From contig NW_027596508.1 of assembly GCF_964194155.1 (NCBI RefSeq), forward strand, positions 186,001 through 250,000: a stretch of 64,000 nucleotides of DNA, written 5' to 3'. The number at the start of each line of letters is the position of its first letter. The stretch's first letter is position 1. Below are positions 51,701-64,000 of the stretch, in pieces. Source of the stretch: Cetorhinus maximus (Eukaryota). A program made the translations under genes and the position numbers. Below the pieces are notes generated by a model. It had not been told where the DNA came from and did not search any database. It worked only from the letters and a program-made list of their open reading frames with translations.

Positions 51701-53814
51701 TCTTCATGGCAACACCTCGAACAATTGGAATCAACTTGACAACCAGTCAGCACCCCTTTTCTCATGCAGTAAAACTTCTTCCTCCTTTGACTTATTTTAA
51801 CTCTCATTTTTTTGTTTATTTCTCTTTTTTTCTATGTCCCTCCTAGAAACATAGAAAATAGAAGCAGGAGTAGACCATTCGGCCCTTCGAGTCTGCTCCA
51901 CCATTCATCATGATCATGGCTGATCATCGAGCTCAATAGCCTGCTCCGGTTTTCTCCCCATATCCTTTCATCCCTTTCACCCCAAGAGCTATATCTAACT
52001 CCTTCTTGAAAACATACATCTCCTGCCTATCCCACTCAAATAATCTATCCACATTGTACAGGATTGGTTGCCTTCACAGACATCAATCATTTCCACTGAA
52101 AATGAATGCTTCCCAGGGTTAATTGTCTCAGCCAATGCTGATTACTAATGGGGTTTCAGCCACAATAGGGATAACACAGCATCAGCTTCAGTCTGCAAAA
52201 CTGTTACAAAGCAGCTTTATAAACCGTCAGTTTTATCATGGGATCCACCCCACTGCAGTCAGCTCCCATTCTCTTCTCTTTTACCCTTTACATTCTATGA
52301 TAGCAAATATGGTTGCCCTCAGCTGTGTCTGTTCCCTATTCCAATCCTCCTACTGAAGTATACCTGCTTTTATTTGATTACTCTTCTGAAATGAGTAATT
52401 AACTAGTTTGGTTCCAGTTTAATATGTTTCCTTCTTTTAAATCTAGGGAGCTACTGTTCTTTGCTTGGTTTAAAACATCATTTTTCAAATTCACACTTCC
52501 AGTGAGAAGCCTGATCTGTCCAGGATGTAAATGACACACACGCTCTACCTGATTTCCAACCATTGAATTCAATTTGCATCCAGACTTCCATTTTGCACTA
52601 TTCATTAGTGAGACTCCTCATTCACATCATGAGGTCAGATGAAAAGTTTAAAGTTCAGTTGATAAGTCTGACACGTTTAAACATTTATATGTATCAATGC
52701 CGCTTGATAAGACTGACAATCTTTTGTTGTATTGTTGAAAAGAAGGAAAGGAACATGAATATTTGAATTTAAAACTGGAGTGGTGAAATTTTCAGACTGG
52801 TGGCTGTCGTAGATGTGAGCTTTCTTGTATTAAATCACCGGATGTGGTCCCATTCCTAATTGCCCTGGAGAAAGTATTAGTGAGCGGCCTTCTTGAATAG
52901 AACAGAATGGTTTGCTTGGACATTGTAGATGGCAGTTCAGGGATAAGCTGATAACTGAGGATTGTTCTGAGATCACATATAAACCAGACTGGGTAAGGAT
53001 TTGGATGGTAGTTTTACTTCCTAAAAGGTTTAAGATGTTAACTCATTTCCAACACCATGCCTGAGATAACTATTGAGTATAGATACACAATTAATACCAG
53101 AGTCACAAGTAACATCAAAGATTGAGAGCGACTGAATAAACTCCACATCCACAAAGAACTGGACACTGTGAAGTACCCAACAAATCCAACATATTTCCAG
53201 GCACTGACACATACAGAATGAAGTCCAAGGCACTCACAGCACCAGAGATACACAGAAACAGAATAAATCACACACTCACCGACAGTGCCAGAGATAGACA
53301 ACTGCAGAATGAATCCCATGTCTCACACAGTGGAACTGACTGATAGGTACAGAATGAACCTCAAACAGTCCCAGAGATGTAATCTGAAAGAATCTGAAAT
53401 TCACACGGTACCACAAACTTACACACACACAAAACATTCATGAACACACGTTCAGAACTGAGGTTTGATAGAGACGAATGAATCCCACAATTGTGCACAG
53501 CATCAGGAATTGAGAGTTACAGAATGAATCTAACACTCAGACAGAGTCCAGGGGCCTGACAGAGCCAAAATCAATCTTATTCTCACATACAGTATAGCCA
53601 CATGGCAGAATTAATCCAACTTTCACAAACATACTACCGATTTACAGAATGAACCACTGACAGAATTAACCCCACGTTCACATGTGGTATCAAAGACTGA
53701 CAGAATGAATCATGCTTTCACATACAATACCACCGCTGGACAGAATTAATCCCACTCTCATCTGCCGTACCACAGATGGGCAGAACTAATCCCATTCATA
53801 CGTACAGTACCAAA

Positions 53815-56298
53815 CAGAGTGCAGCTGATCTAGCTGGCTAAAGAATTGAGTTTGGTGAGGGGGGAGATGTAAGTGTTAATTTCGTTCTTAAATTTTGCTC
53901 TTAAAATCTAATCTATTCTGTAATTAGCAGTAACTGGAAAGTACTGTGTAAACGGGCTAAATTCTTTCTTTCAGTTTAGACAGAGCAAGCTCACTCTCAG
54001 CTGTCGGAGTTGAGTAGTTAATTAGCTAACTGGTTCAATCTGGTAAACGTTAACTGTGTTCCTCTCCACAGATGCTATCAGACCTGCTGAGTTATTATAC
54101 CTGCCAGGTATTTTTGTTTGTTTTTGTTTTCAATCTGGTTACTGTTGACCCAGTTGAGTTTACTATAAATTCAGGGTTCTTTAGTGCAGCCAAGGTAAAC
54201 TGAGTGCAGCTGAGCTAACTGAGTGAAGACTTGGAGTTTGGTGGGATGGGAGTTCAGTGAAGGGTGGGGGGGAGCAAAGCAGGTAATTGTTCCCTTCTTC
54301 TATCCTTCTCACGCCATAGGAATTGGTTCTTGCTCTAATACAGGGAAAGGAGCTAGCTGTTTGATGAATATCCGGTACGTGTGTAAGGTCGATTCTATCC
54401 CTAAGGTTGAAAATAGTACACAAACTTGTGGTAAAGTAAATAAAATATATAAGAAAGTAACATAAATAACTGAATAACATAAATAACTGAATTACATAAT
54501 TAAGTAATTATTTAAAACACATTAAGGATGGCATGATAGGTGACGTGTCCAAGCTGCAGCATGTGAGAACTCCTGGATAACATTCCGATCCAGACGAAAT
54601 GTCTACAGTAAATGTTCGCGGCTGGAGGAAATTCAGCTCAGATTCATTGAGCTGCAGACTCTGTGACACATCAGCGAGAGAGGAAGTTTCCTTGATGCTT
54701 TATACCAGGAGGCAGTCACACATCTTAGAGTAGGGCCTTCTGATTTGGTCAGGGACAGGAGGGTGTGACTGCGAATGAGGCAGGACCCAGAGGGCAGGAG
54801 TGTGAGCCTCTGCAATGGTCCAATAGGTTTGATGTTCTCCCAGCTTGTTTGGATGAGGGCAGTGGCTGCAGGGTAGATGAGCAAACTGACCATGGCACCA
54901 TGGTTTAGGAAGCCATTCAAGTTGGGAGAACAAAAAGGAATGTAGTGGTAGTATGGGGCAGTATATTGAGTGGGATTGGCACTGTTCTCTGTAGCAAAGA
55001 GCGAGAGTTCAGACGGCTCTGTTGCCTGCCTGGTGCCAGGGTTTGGGACATCTGTTCAGGGCTGGAAAGCAACTTTCAGTGGGAGGCAGAGGATCCAGTG
55101 ATCATGGTCCATGTAGGTATCAACAACATGGGCAGGATGAGGAAGGAAGCTCTGCATAGTCAGTATGAGGAGCTAGGCACAAAATTAAGCAGCAGAACCT
55201 CAAAGGATTATTACCTGAGCCATGTTCAAACTGGCATATGACAAATAAGATTAGAGAAATGAATGCAAGACTCAAGGACTGGTGTGGGAGAAGTGGGTTC
55301 CAGTTTATGGGCCACTGGCACCAGTTTTGGGTGTTCTTTCAGATTTTTCTGTACCGTTGGGATGGTCTACACCTGAACTGTGCTGGGGCTGGTGTCCTCA
55401 CAAGCTGCATAACTAGGGAAGTAGAGAGGGTTTTAAACTGAATAGTGGAAAGGATCACATTTTCAAAGAGTAGAGACAAGGCAAGAAAGAAAGGTATTAA
55501 TATGGGAAATGATAAACAGACCATGACAGGAAGGGAGAAATAGCATAAATCTAAGAGTAAATCAGCAGATAAGCCTCGTAGCTACAGAATAAAAGGACAA
55601 AACTAAAGGCTCTGTATCTAAACACATGTAGCATTTGAAACGTAACAAATTAACTGATAATATATATAAATAAGAATGATCTGATAGCCATCAGAGAGGC
55701 ATGGCTACAGGGTGACATAGTTTGGGACCTGAATATTGAAGGGTACGTGATATTTAGGAATGAAATATGTCAGGAAAATGTGTAGGGGTGGCTCTGTTAA
55801 TTAATGATGGTATTAGCACATTAGAGAGGGATGACCTAAATTCAGAAAACCAGGATGATTCAGGTTTGGGTTGCGACGTGAAATGACAAAGGCAAGAAGT
55901 CACTTGTGGGCCAGGTGACTATTTAACTGCACGGTAGAACAGAGCATAAAAGAGGAGATCATGGGAGCTTGACAGACAGGTACAGCAATAATGATGGGGG
56001 ATTTCAATCTACATATCGACTGGGAAAATCAGATGGACAAACGTAACATAGAGTGTTTTTGGGATACTTTCTTAAAATAGCACATTCTGGAGCCAAGCAG
56101 AGAGCAGGATATTCGAGACCTGGTATTGAGCTACAAGACAGGATTAATTGAGAGCCTCATAGTGAAGGTACCTCTAGGTAACAGCGTTCATAATATGATT
56201 GAATTTTACACTCATTTTGGATGGAGAAATGAGTGCACCCATGATGAGTATTTTCAACTTAAATGAGGGCATGAAAGCAGAGCTAGCTAAAGTGAACC
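53815..56298 (+). mobile_element. CR1 5' half (5' UTR, ORF1, endonuclease), decayed
   Basis: CCLPGARV, VHVGINN, DGLHLN, MGDFN. Confidence 0.8.
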
Positions 56299-57640
56299 TC
56301 ACCCCCACATTCCCGTCTGCCCCCGATAGCCTTTCACCCCCTTGCTAATCGACAATCCATGCAGCTCTACCATTAAAATATTCAAAGACTCTGCGTCCAC
56401 TGCCTTTTGAGGAAGAGAGTTCCAAGATTCACTGCGCTCAGAGAAATAAATTCTCCTCATCAATGTCTTAAATGAGTGACCCCTTATTTTTAAATAATGA
56501 CCCCCTAGTTCTAGCTTCTCCCACAAGAGGAAACATCATCTCCACATCCATCCTGTTAAGACTCCTCAGGGTCTTAAAGGTTTCAATCTAATCCCCTCTT
56601 ACTCTTCTAAATTCCAGTCACAAAGATAGGCTAACCGGTCCAATCTTTCTTCATAAGACAACCGACCCATTCCTGGTATTAGACTAATAAATATTCCCTG
56701 AACTGCTTCAAACACATTTAAATCAAAAACAGAATTACCTGGAAAAACTCAGCAGGTCTGGCAGCATCGGCGGAGAAGAAAAGAGTTGACGTTTCGAGTC
56801 CTCATGACCCTTCAGCAGAACTGAGTATAGTTAGGAGAGGGGTGAAATATAAGCTGGTTTAAGTTTGGGGGTGGGGGGGTGGTGGTGGAAAGAGAAGTTG
56901 ACGGGGGGTGATGGTGGTTGTAGGGACAAGCAAGCAGTGATGGGAGCAGATAATCAAAAGATGTCACAGACAAAAGGATCAAAGAGGTGTTGAAGTTGGT
57001 GATATTATCTAAGAAAATGTGCTAATTAAGAATGGATGGCAGGACACTCAAGGTACAACTCTAGTGGGGGTGGAGTGGAAAGACTGACAAGGTATTAGTT
57101 GTAGAAAGGCTAACTGGCCTTTAGCTTTCTAATTTCTGTCTCCCTCCCTTTTTGAATGAAAGAGTTACGTTCGCTATTTTCCAATCTAATTGAACCTTCC
57201 CCATATCTGGGGAATTTTGAAAATTAAAACAAATGCACCAACAATCTCACCGGCCACTTCTTTTAAGAATTTGGGGTGAAATCCATCCAGACCTGGGGAT
57301 TTCACAGCCCGATGCCCCAACAATTTTCTTAATACCACTTCCCTGGTGATTGTAATTTTCCACGAGTTCCTCCCTCCCTTCCATTTCCTGATTTACAGCT
57401 TTTTCCAAGGTATTACTTGTGTCGTCTATGGTGAAGACTGAAGCACGATACCTGTTTAGTTCATCCGCCATCTCCCTATTTTGCATTTTCAATTCCCAAA
57501 ATGCTCTTTCTATAGGACTAATTCATTTCTTATTTAAACATCTACATAACCTCCCTTTGGAATTGTTGGTTCTGATTGGAATGCATGCGTTTTGTGTATT
57601 CTGAAATATCCCTTTAAATATCTGCCACTGCCTATCCCTC
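56299..57640 (-). mobile_element. CR1 fragments flanking a PLE repeat
   Basis: WNSLPQKAV and MADELNRY..SVFT motifs. Confidence 0.7.
56722..57075 (-). mobile_element. Penelope terminal-repeat fragment
   Basis: Reverse-complement pLTR with CTGCTGA-A-GGGTC..GACTC-GAAAC-GTC-AACT. Confidence 0.8.
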
Positions 57641-57730
57641 GGCCATGATCTTATTGAATGGCGGAACAGGCTCGAGCTGCTGAGGGGCCTACTCCTGCTC
57701 CTGGTCCGTATGTTCATATCTATTTTAGTA

Positions 57731-57970
57731 CCACCGACTGAAAGAATTAATCCCACTCTCACACACAGCACCACTGAATGACTGAATTAATCTCACTCTC
57801 ACACACAGCACCACCGAATGACTGAATTAATCTCACTCTCACACACAGCACCACCGAATGACTGAATTAATCCCACTCTCACACACAGCACCACCGAATA
57901 ACTGAAATAATCCCACTCTCACAGACAGTATCACTGATAGAATTAATCCCACAGTCACATACAGTATCAC
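57731..57970. repeat. 40-bp minisatellite, ~6 copies
   Basis: CCACCGAATGACTGAATTAATCYCACTCTCACACACAGCA repeated. Confidence 0.93.
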
Positions 57971-59089
57971 TGACTGACTGAAGTAATCTCACATTCAGCA
58001 CTGAAGACAAACAGATGCAGAATATGTTCAAAAGATTCCCAGATATTGACAATGACTCACATTCCCATTCAATACCAGAAACTGACAGATACAGACTGAA
58101 TTCCACACTCACATTGCGGATCAGATGTTGGCATGTCCAGCATGAATCTCACACTCATACTCAGTCCCAGCCTCTGAGAGTGAATGAGAAATGCACAGTC
58201 GGATAGTAACAGAGGTTGAAAGATATACAATCAATGCCACACTGATCTACAGTGTCAGAGACTGAGAAACACGGTGTGAATCTCATTTGTAGTTCAATAA
58301 ACTGACAGGTAGAGAATAAATCCTGCACTCACATATTTAAGCCGCAGGTGACAGATACGGAGTTCAGCCAAAATAGCATATATTCCCAAATCGAGAATGG
58401 ATCCCCCGCTCACTCACATGCATCCTGAAGTGACAAACGCACAATGAGTCTTAAACACTCCCAAAGACAGATACAGAATAAATTCTACACTCACATGGCG
58501 TACCAGAGCCTCAGCTGTGGCTCAGTTCATAGCACCCTCGCCTTTGAGTCAGAAGGTAGTGGGTTCATGTCCCACTCCTGGAAAAAAAAAAGTCAAGAAC
58601 TGTGAATGTACTCAGAGTTACATAGTTGTTGGGAAAGATTTATTCCAGACCACACAGCTCAATACTCCTTCTCAACCCCCTACCACTCACATACTCACAC
58701 AATATCCCAGTGAGTAATTCGCACACGTTACAAGAGTTCCAGGAGGAATCCCGCATTTCCGTTCAGTCCCTCTGTGGAGAAGGGCCCCTCGCACGGACAA
58801 CCAGACGACAATTTCCGGTGTATCTTCACAAACTGGGACTGGAGAGAATCCTGATAAAATTTCTTTCCTGATTATAGTAAAAGGGCTAATGAGGGTGGAG
58901 AAGTCGAAATTTGATTGGTGTCTTTAAATATGCAATCAGAGAAAAGTATAAAATAAGTGGCTGTTGTACTTTTTTAAATGTCCAATCAGAATCATTGTTT
59001 CCCCATTCCTCATTAGCATAGGTCTGTCAGACTGTCTATTTAATCGGCGCTCGGAAGGGATTTGCTTTATTCTGTGCCTGAAACTGAAG

Positions 59090-59464
59090 ATGGTTGATGA
59101 CAAGAAACCAGCTTCTAAGAAGGGAGGCAAGAAAGCCTTAAAGAAACCGGTAGCGAAGGGCGGCAAGAAGCGGCGAAAGTCGAGGAAGGAGAGTTACGCC
59201 ATCTACATCTACAAAGTGATGAAGCAGGTTCACCCCGACACCGGCATCTCCTCCAAGGCCATGAGCATCATGAACTCGTTCGTGAGCGATATTTTCGAGC
59301 GCATCGCGGGTGAGGCTTCCCGCCTGGCCCATTACAACAAGCGCAGCACCATCAGCTCCCGGGAGATCCAGACCGCCGTGCGCCTGCTGCTGCCCGGGGA
59401 ACTGGCCAAGCACGCCGTGTCGGAAGGGACAAAGGCGGTGACCAAGTACACCAGCTCCAAGTAA
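59090..59464 (+). CDS. H2B: Histone H2B (124 aa, starts MVDDKKPAS)
   Basis: H2B fold; CCAAT at 58982, octamer-like CTCATTAGCAT ending 59019, TATTTAA ~59038. Confidence 0.98.
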   Translation: MVDDKKPASKKGGKKALKKPVAKGGKKRRKSRKESYAIYIYKVMKQVHPDTGISSKAMSIMNSFVSDIFERIAGEASRLAHYNKRSTISSREIQTAVRLLLPGELAKHAVSEGTKAVTKYTSSK

Positions 59465-59503
59465 AACCCCAGAACTGACTGAAAAACACATTCACAACAC
59501 AAC

Positions 59504-59519
59504 GGCTCTTTTAAGAGCC
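59504..59519 (+). terminator. Histone 3' stem-loop of H2B
   Basis: GGCTCTTTTAAGAGCC. Confidence 0.96.
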
Positions 59520-60780
59520 ACTCACAATCTCTCTGAAAAAGCTATATGATTTCATTACTTCTAATTTATGATTTTACTATGAAGCATTTAGAATTGTGAA
59601 ATTTTTATTTTGATCACGTTTCAGTCACAGGTTCTCGGCAATGTAAATTTAACACTCGTTCAATTGTTGGGCCTCGTTAATGATGCCCCATAAATTAATG
59701 TCTTGCCGCTCACCCTCTGCGCTTTGCTTTAAGACGCGTCATATTCGACCCCTTTCCCTGGTTTTGGAGTGCGCGCGAATAGAGCGCAAATTCTTCTGGT
59801 TCCAATTCGGTTCAAGTTTGGCCTCAATAATCGATCAGTTCATTTCCTATAAGCACCGGTTGTGTAGCAACCTTCAGTCTCAACGCTAGCAAATTTACTC
59901 CAAGTATGTTTAATTTTGGCTGTCACAAATATCTACAATATACCGTCTATCAGCAGAACGATGTAAATGGCACTTTCAGCCGGCTGCTAAGAAGGTTTCA
60001 TGACGGATCGAGATTACCTCGAATTGCTGCCGGATTCTTAAAGCGAATCTGAAATTTAAAATGGATAAAATGTGAAATAGTCCCATCAGGGAAGGACATT
60101 TGTAAAACTTTGTCGTCAGACCGTGTTCACTATTAACTGGTTTTCTATATGAAATGTATTTCTTGTTTTACAAATATATCGGCGGTAATTTCGACGTCGA
60201 ATAAAAAAATAGATTGCGTAAATTTGCGCCGTTATTTTCGACTTGTTTTCAGATACACATAAACCCAGACAGAAAATCAGAAACTGAAATATACAAAAAA
60301 CTGCAGTCCAGGGAAAGAGAGAGAGAGATGAAGAGAATGTTACATTCGAATACTAAATACTGAATAACCATTTTCAATTAGTACTCGAAACGTCAACTTT
60401 CTTCCTCTCCGATGAGCTTTTCCAGGTATTTTTGTTTTAGTTTCAGATTTCCAGCATCAGCAGTATTTTGCTTTTATCCAATTAGTACTGTGTTCGATCA
60501 GTTCTTTTTTGGCTTTTTTTTTTTACAAATTTGGCGGGCTTTTAAAATTTGAAAAAAAAGCTCGGTTGGAATCTCAAAATTTGGCGCTGGATTTTCCGCC
60601 CTCCCTCCGTGGAGTCTCCGGGTTGGTGAGTTCAGTAGATATCTGATTGGTGATATGAACAACATTATGTGACGCTGCACAAAATGACCTATCAGCAATG
60701 CCCGCCGCACCATTCCTCCCGAAGCTATAAGAGAAGCGAATGCGAGCGCATTTCCTCATTCACTGTGAAAGTGTTTTTGA

Positions 60781-61182
<402 letters not shown>

Positions 61183-61212
61183 AGCGGCCATTCTTTAATC
61201 TAATACCCCAAA

Positions 61213-61228
61213 GGCTCTTTTCAGAGCC
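61213..61228 (+). terminator. Histone 3' stem-loop of H2A
   Basis: GGCTCTTTTCAGAGCC then ACCCA. Confidence 0.96.
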
Positions 61229-61947
61229 ACCCACAGAGTCTGTGAAAGGGTGAACTATTGACTACCGCTACGTGCCGAATTTCAGTAATGGTGAAGCGTT
61301 TCTAATGATCCGCAACGACAACCAACTCGTATCAAAAGAGAAATTACATTTCCACCCGAGTGGTTCGGGACTGGAATGCACTCCCTGGAAGTAGTGGAGG
61401 CAGGTTCAATAGAGGCAGTCAAGAGGGTATTAGCTGATTATTTGAATATAAACAACGTGCAGGGATGGGGCGGGGTGAAAGCTTTCGGTCATAACACTCT
61501 TTTGGAGAGCAGATGCAGGCACCGAAGGGCCGAATGGCCTCCCGTGCTGTGCAAATTGGTTGATTCTATGATAAATCTGTGCACCGGAGGGATACACGTT
61601 TGTTGCTCAGGGCGTTGCCTTTATTGACTTCATGAGCACTGACTTGTAACCCGCAGATCACTCTTTGCCCGGGATTGATGTCTGCTCGCAGTATTTAATA
61701 CATTATCAGCGCCGCATTTATTGGAAGTATCCTAGAGCACTAAGGTGACCACATTCCCAATTTTATGCTTAAATTAAGACACCATTTGCGCTACAACTTA
61801 CAACTGCATTGTCTGTGATTATCAACCCCAAAAGAGGTTTGTAGACAAGAAAAAATAAACTGATGGAAGGAGGTAAATGGTAACTTCGCGATGTCTAAGT
61901 GCTGGAGTGGTCAACAGGAGATCACAGCTTTCATTTGCCGATTTAGT

Positions 61948-61963
61948 GGCTCTTAAAAGAGCC
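61948..61963 (-). terminator. Histone 3' stem-loop of H3
   Basis: Reverse complement GGCTCTTTTAAGAGCC. Confidence 0.96.
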
Positions 61964-61992
61964 TTTGTTGCACTTGGTGCTGAAGCCTGGTT

Positions 61993-62427
<435 letters not shown>

Positions 62428-63331
62428 TCAGCTGCAAGAACTATTAAGACAAACTGCACTGCAACTCGCCTTTTTAAACTCTGTGAGGAACCGCCCCGAA
62501 CAGTAATTGGCTGCAGCCTTCCGCCCAGGCAGTTTTATCCAAAATCTAACCAATGAACTAATCCCTGGCTGAGTTGCCAGGTCTCCATTGGTCGAGTAGT
62601 TTTTAATCGCTCATTTCAAAAATTCCGCCTTTATTTCCAGCCGTTTACCGCCTCGACATCAGAAGACTTTGTTCCTTCATTTCTTAAAATTATAAATACC
62701 ATTTTTACTGCAAATCATTATTCCCTAACCCGAATGAAATTCCTGTTCATTAAACCTATTCCGACAATTTTTAAACCCGGCATCATCCTGGTGAACCTGC
62801 ACATTTTTGGACAGAAACACCAGTCTGTTGTTTGAACTGTGTAAAGTCAGTGCTGGATTTCCGAGGCAAAAATTGAAGGACTGTCCATTGCTCCCTACAG
62901 CACAACCAACCCTTAAAATCGCCGCTCGCTTAGAGGTCTGGAGTGGGTAATAAAATGGAACCGGTGCTGGGGGCTTCACACCCCTTCCCATTGCCCTCAT
63001 TCTGGGCAGTTCATGACTATAAAGAGCGGGGAAAGGGATAATAAACAACGATTAAATCGAGTTACTTAGTACATCCTCCAGAACCCCGGAACAAATCAGG
63101 CACTAATATAAATGAAAAATACTGCACATGCTGGAAATCTGAATTAAAAACAGAAAATGCTGGAAACCTCCGTAGGTCTCACAGAATCTGTGGATAGAAA
63201 AGAGTTAGCGTTTCTAATCCGTTTCACTCTTCGTTAGAGCTCTCTTTTCTGTTTCAGACAGTAACATTCCCGATCACAGCCAATCCCAATTCCCGTTCCC
63301 AGGTCTCTGCTCTCTCTGTGAGGTGGTGGGT

Positions 63332-63347
63332 GGCTCTGAGAAGAGCC
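63332..63347 (-). terminator. Histone 3' stem-loop of H4
   Basis: Reverse complement GGCTCTTCTCAGAGCC. Confidence 0.96.
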
Positions 63348-63381
63348 TTTGTTGTGTGTTCGGTAGAAAGGGTCGAGTTGT

Positions 63382-63702
<321 letters not shown>

Positions 63703-64000
63703 TCACTCAGATCGCTGCAGAATATGAGACACGAGCTGCTTCACGTTCCTCTTTTATACAGCTCGCCCGGACCTGACTGAAAAACGCGGTTTGATGGCAG
63801 AGAGGGGAGGAGACAGAGTGAAGATTAAACAGAGATCGGGAGGGAGGAGAGAGCCGGAGTGACAGACAGAAAGAGAAAAGCCCCTGATCTTTCAGCTCCT
63901 CCTCCAGTTTCTGCATCCGCCAATTTCCAGCCGTTTATTACCAATGGAACCGAGACACAAACCCGGACAGACCCGGGCTTCACAGTCAGGAGTTTCCGCA

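Noticed and set aside
57731-57970. Regular repeats resembling a CRISPR array
   Set aside because: Head-to-tail 40-mers without spacers
58513-58582. tRNA-like sequence with A/B boxes
   Set aside because: No proper acceptor stem; matches a SINE head followed by an A-run
58964-59089. N-terminal extensions of H2B in the ORF track (also 44843-44983)
   Set aside because: They run through the CCAAT/octamer/TATA promoter from non-ATG or upstream starts; true starts are 59090 and 44842

Overview
Eukaryotic, vertebrate DNA, most likely a cartilaginous fish (inferred from the histone tails and the CR1/Penelope/SINE repertoire; not verified by search). The window is a dispersed replication-dependent histone cluster with 8 intact intronless genes (H1, 2x H4, 2x H2A, 2x H2B, H3.2), each with a 3' stem-loop. 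They fall in three paralogous units: A ~8.3-21.3 kb, B ~42-47.6 kb, and C ~50.3-64 kb (inverted). The units sit in a degenerate ~40-46 bp minisatellite matrix invaded by decayed CR1, L2-like and Tx1-like LINEs, Penelope-like elements (PLEs) and tRNA-SINEs. Two initiator-Met tRNA copies are present. Main observations: (1) in unit A a ~3.2 kb microhomology deletion fuses the H3 start to an antisense H2B 5' end, leaving two facing histone promoters and a 37-aa tail-only H2B ORF; (2) PLE terminal repeats carry minimal hammerhead-ribozyme cores, including a tandem pair and palindromic non-autonomous derivatives; (3) both H2A genes have Arg at K15, and one also has an H2A.Z-like L33H; (4) a SINE plus tRNA-iMet cassette is inserted in only one paralogous unit; (5) there is an orphan H3-like promoter, CDE/CHR motifs, and a duplicated non-coding exon. 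All alignments were made by eye, and TE boundaries are approximate.
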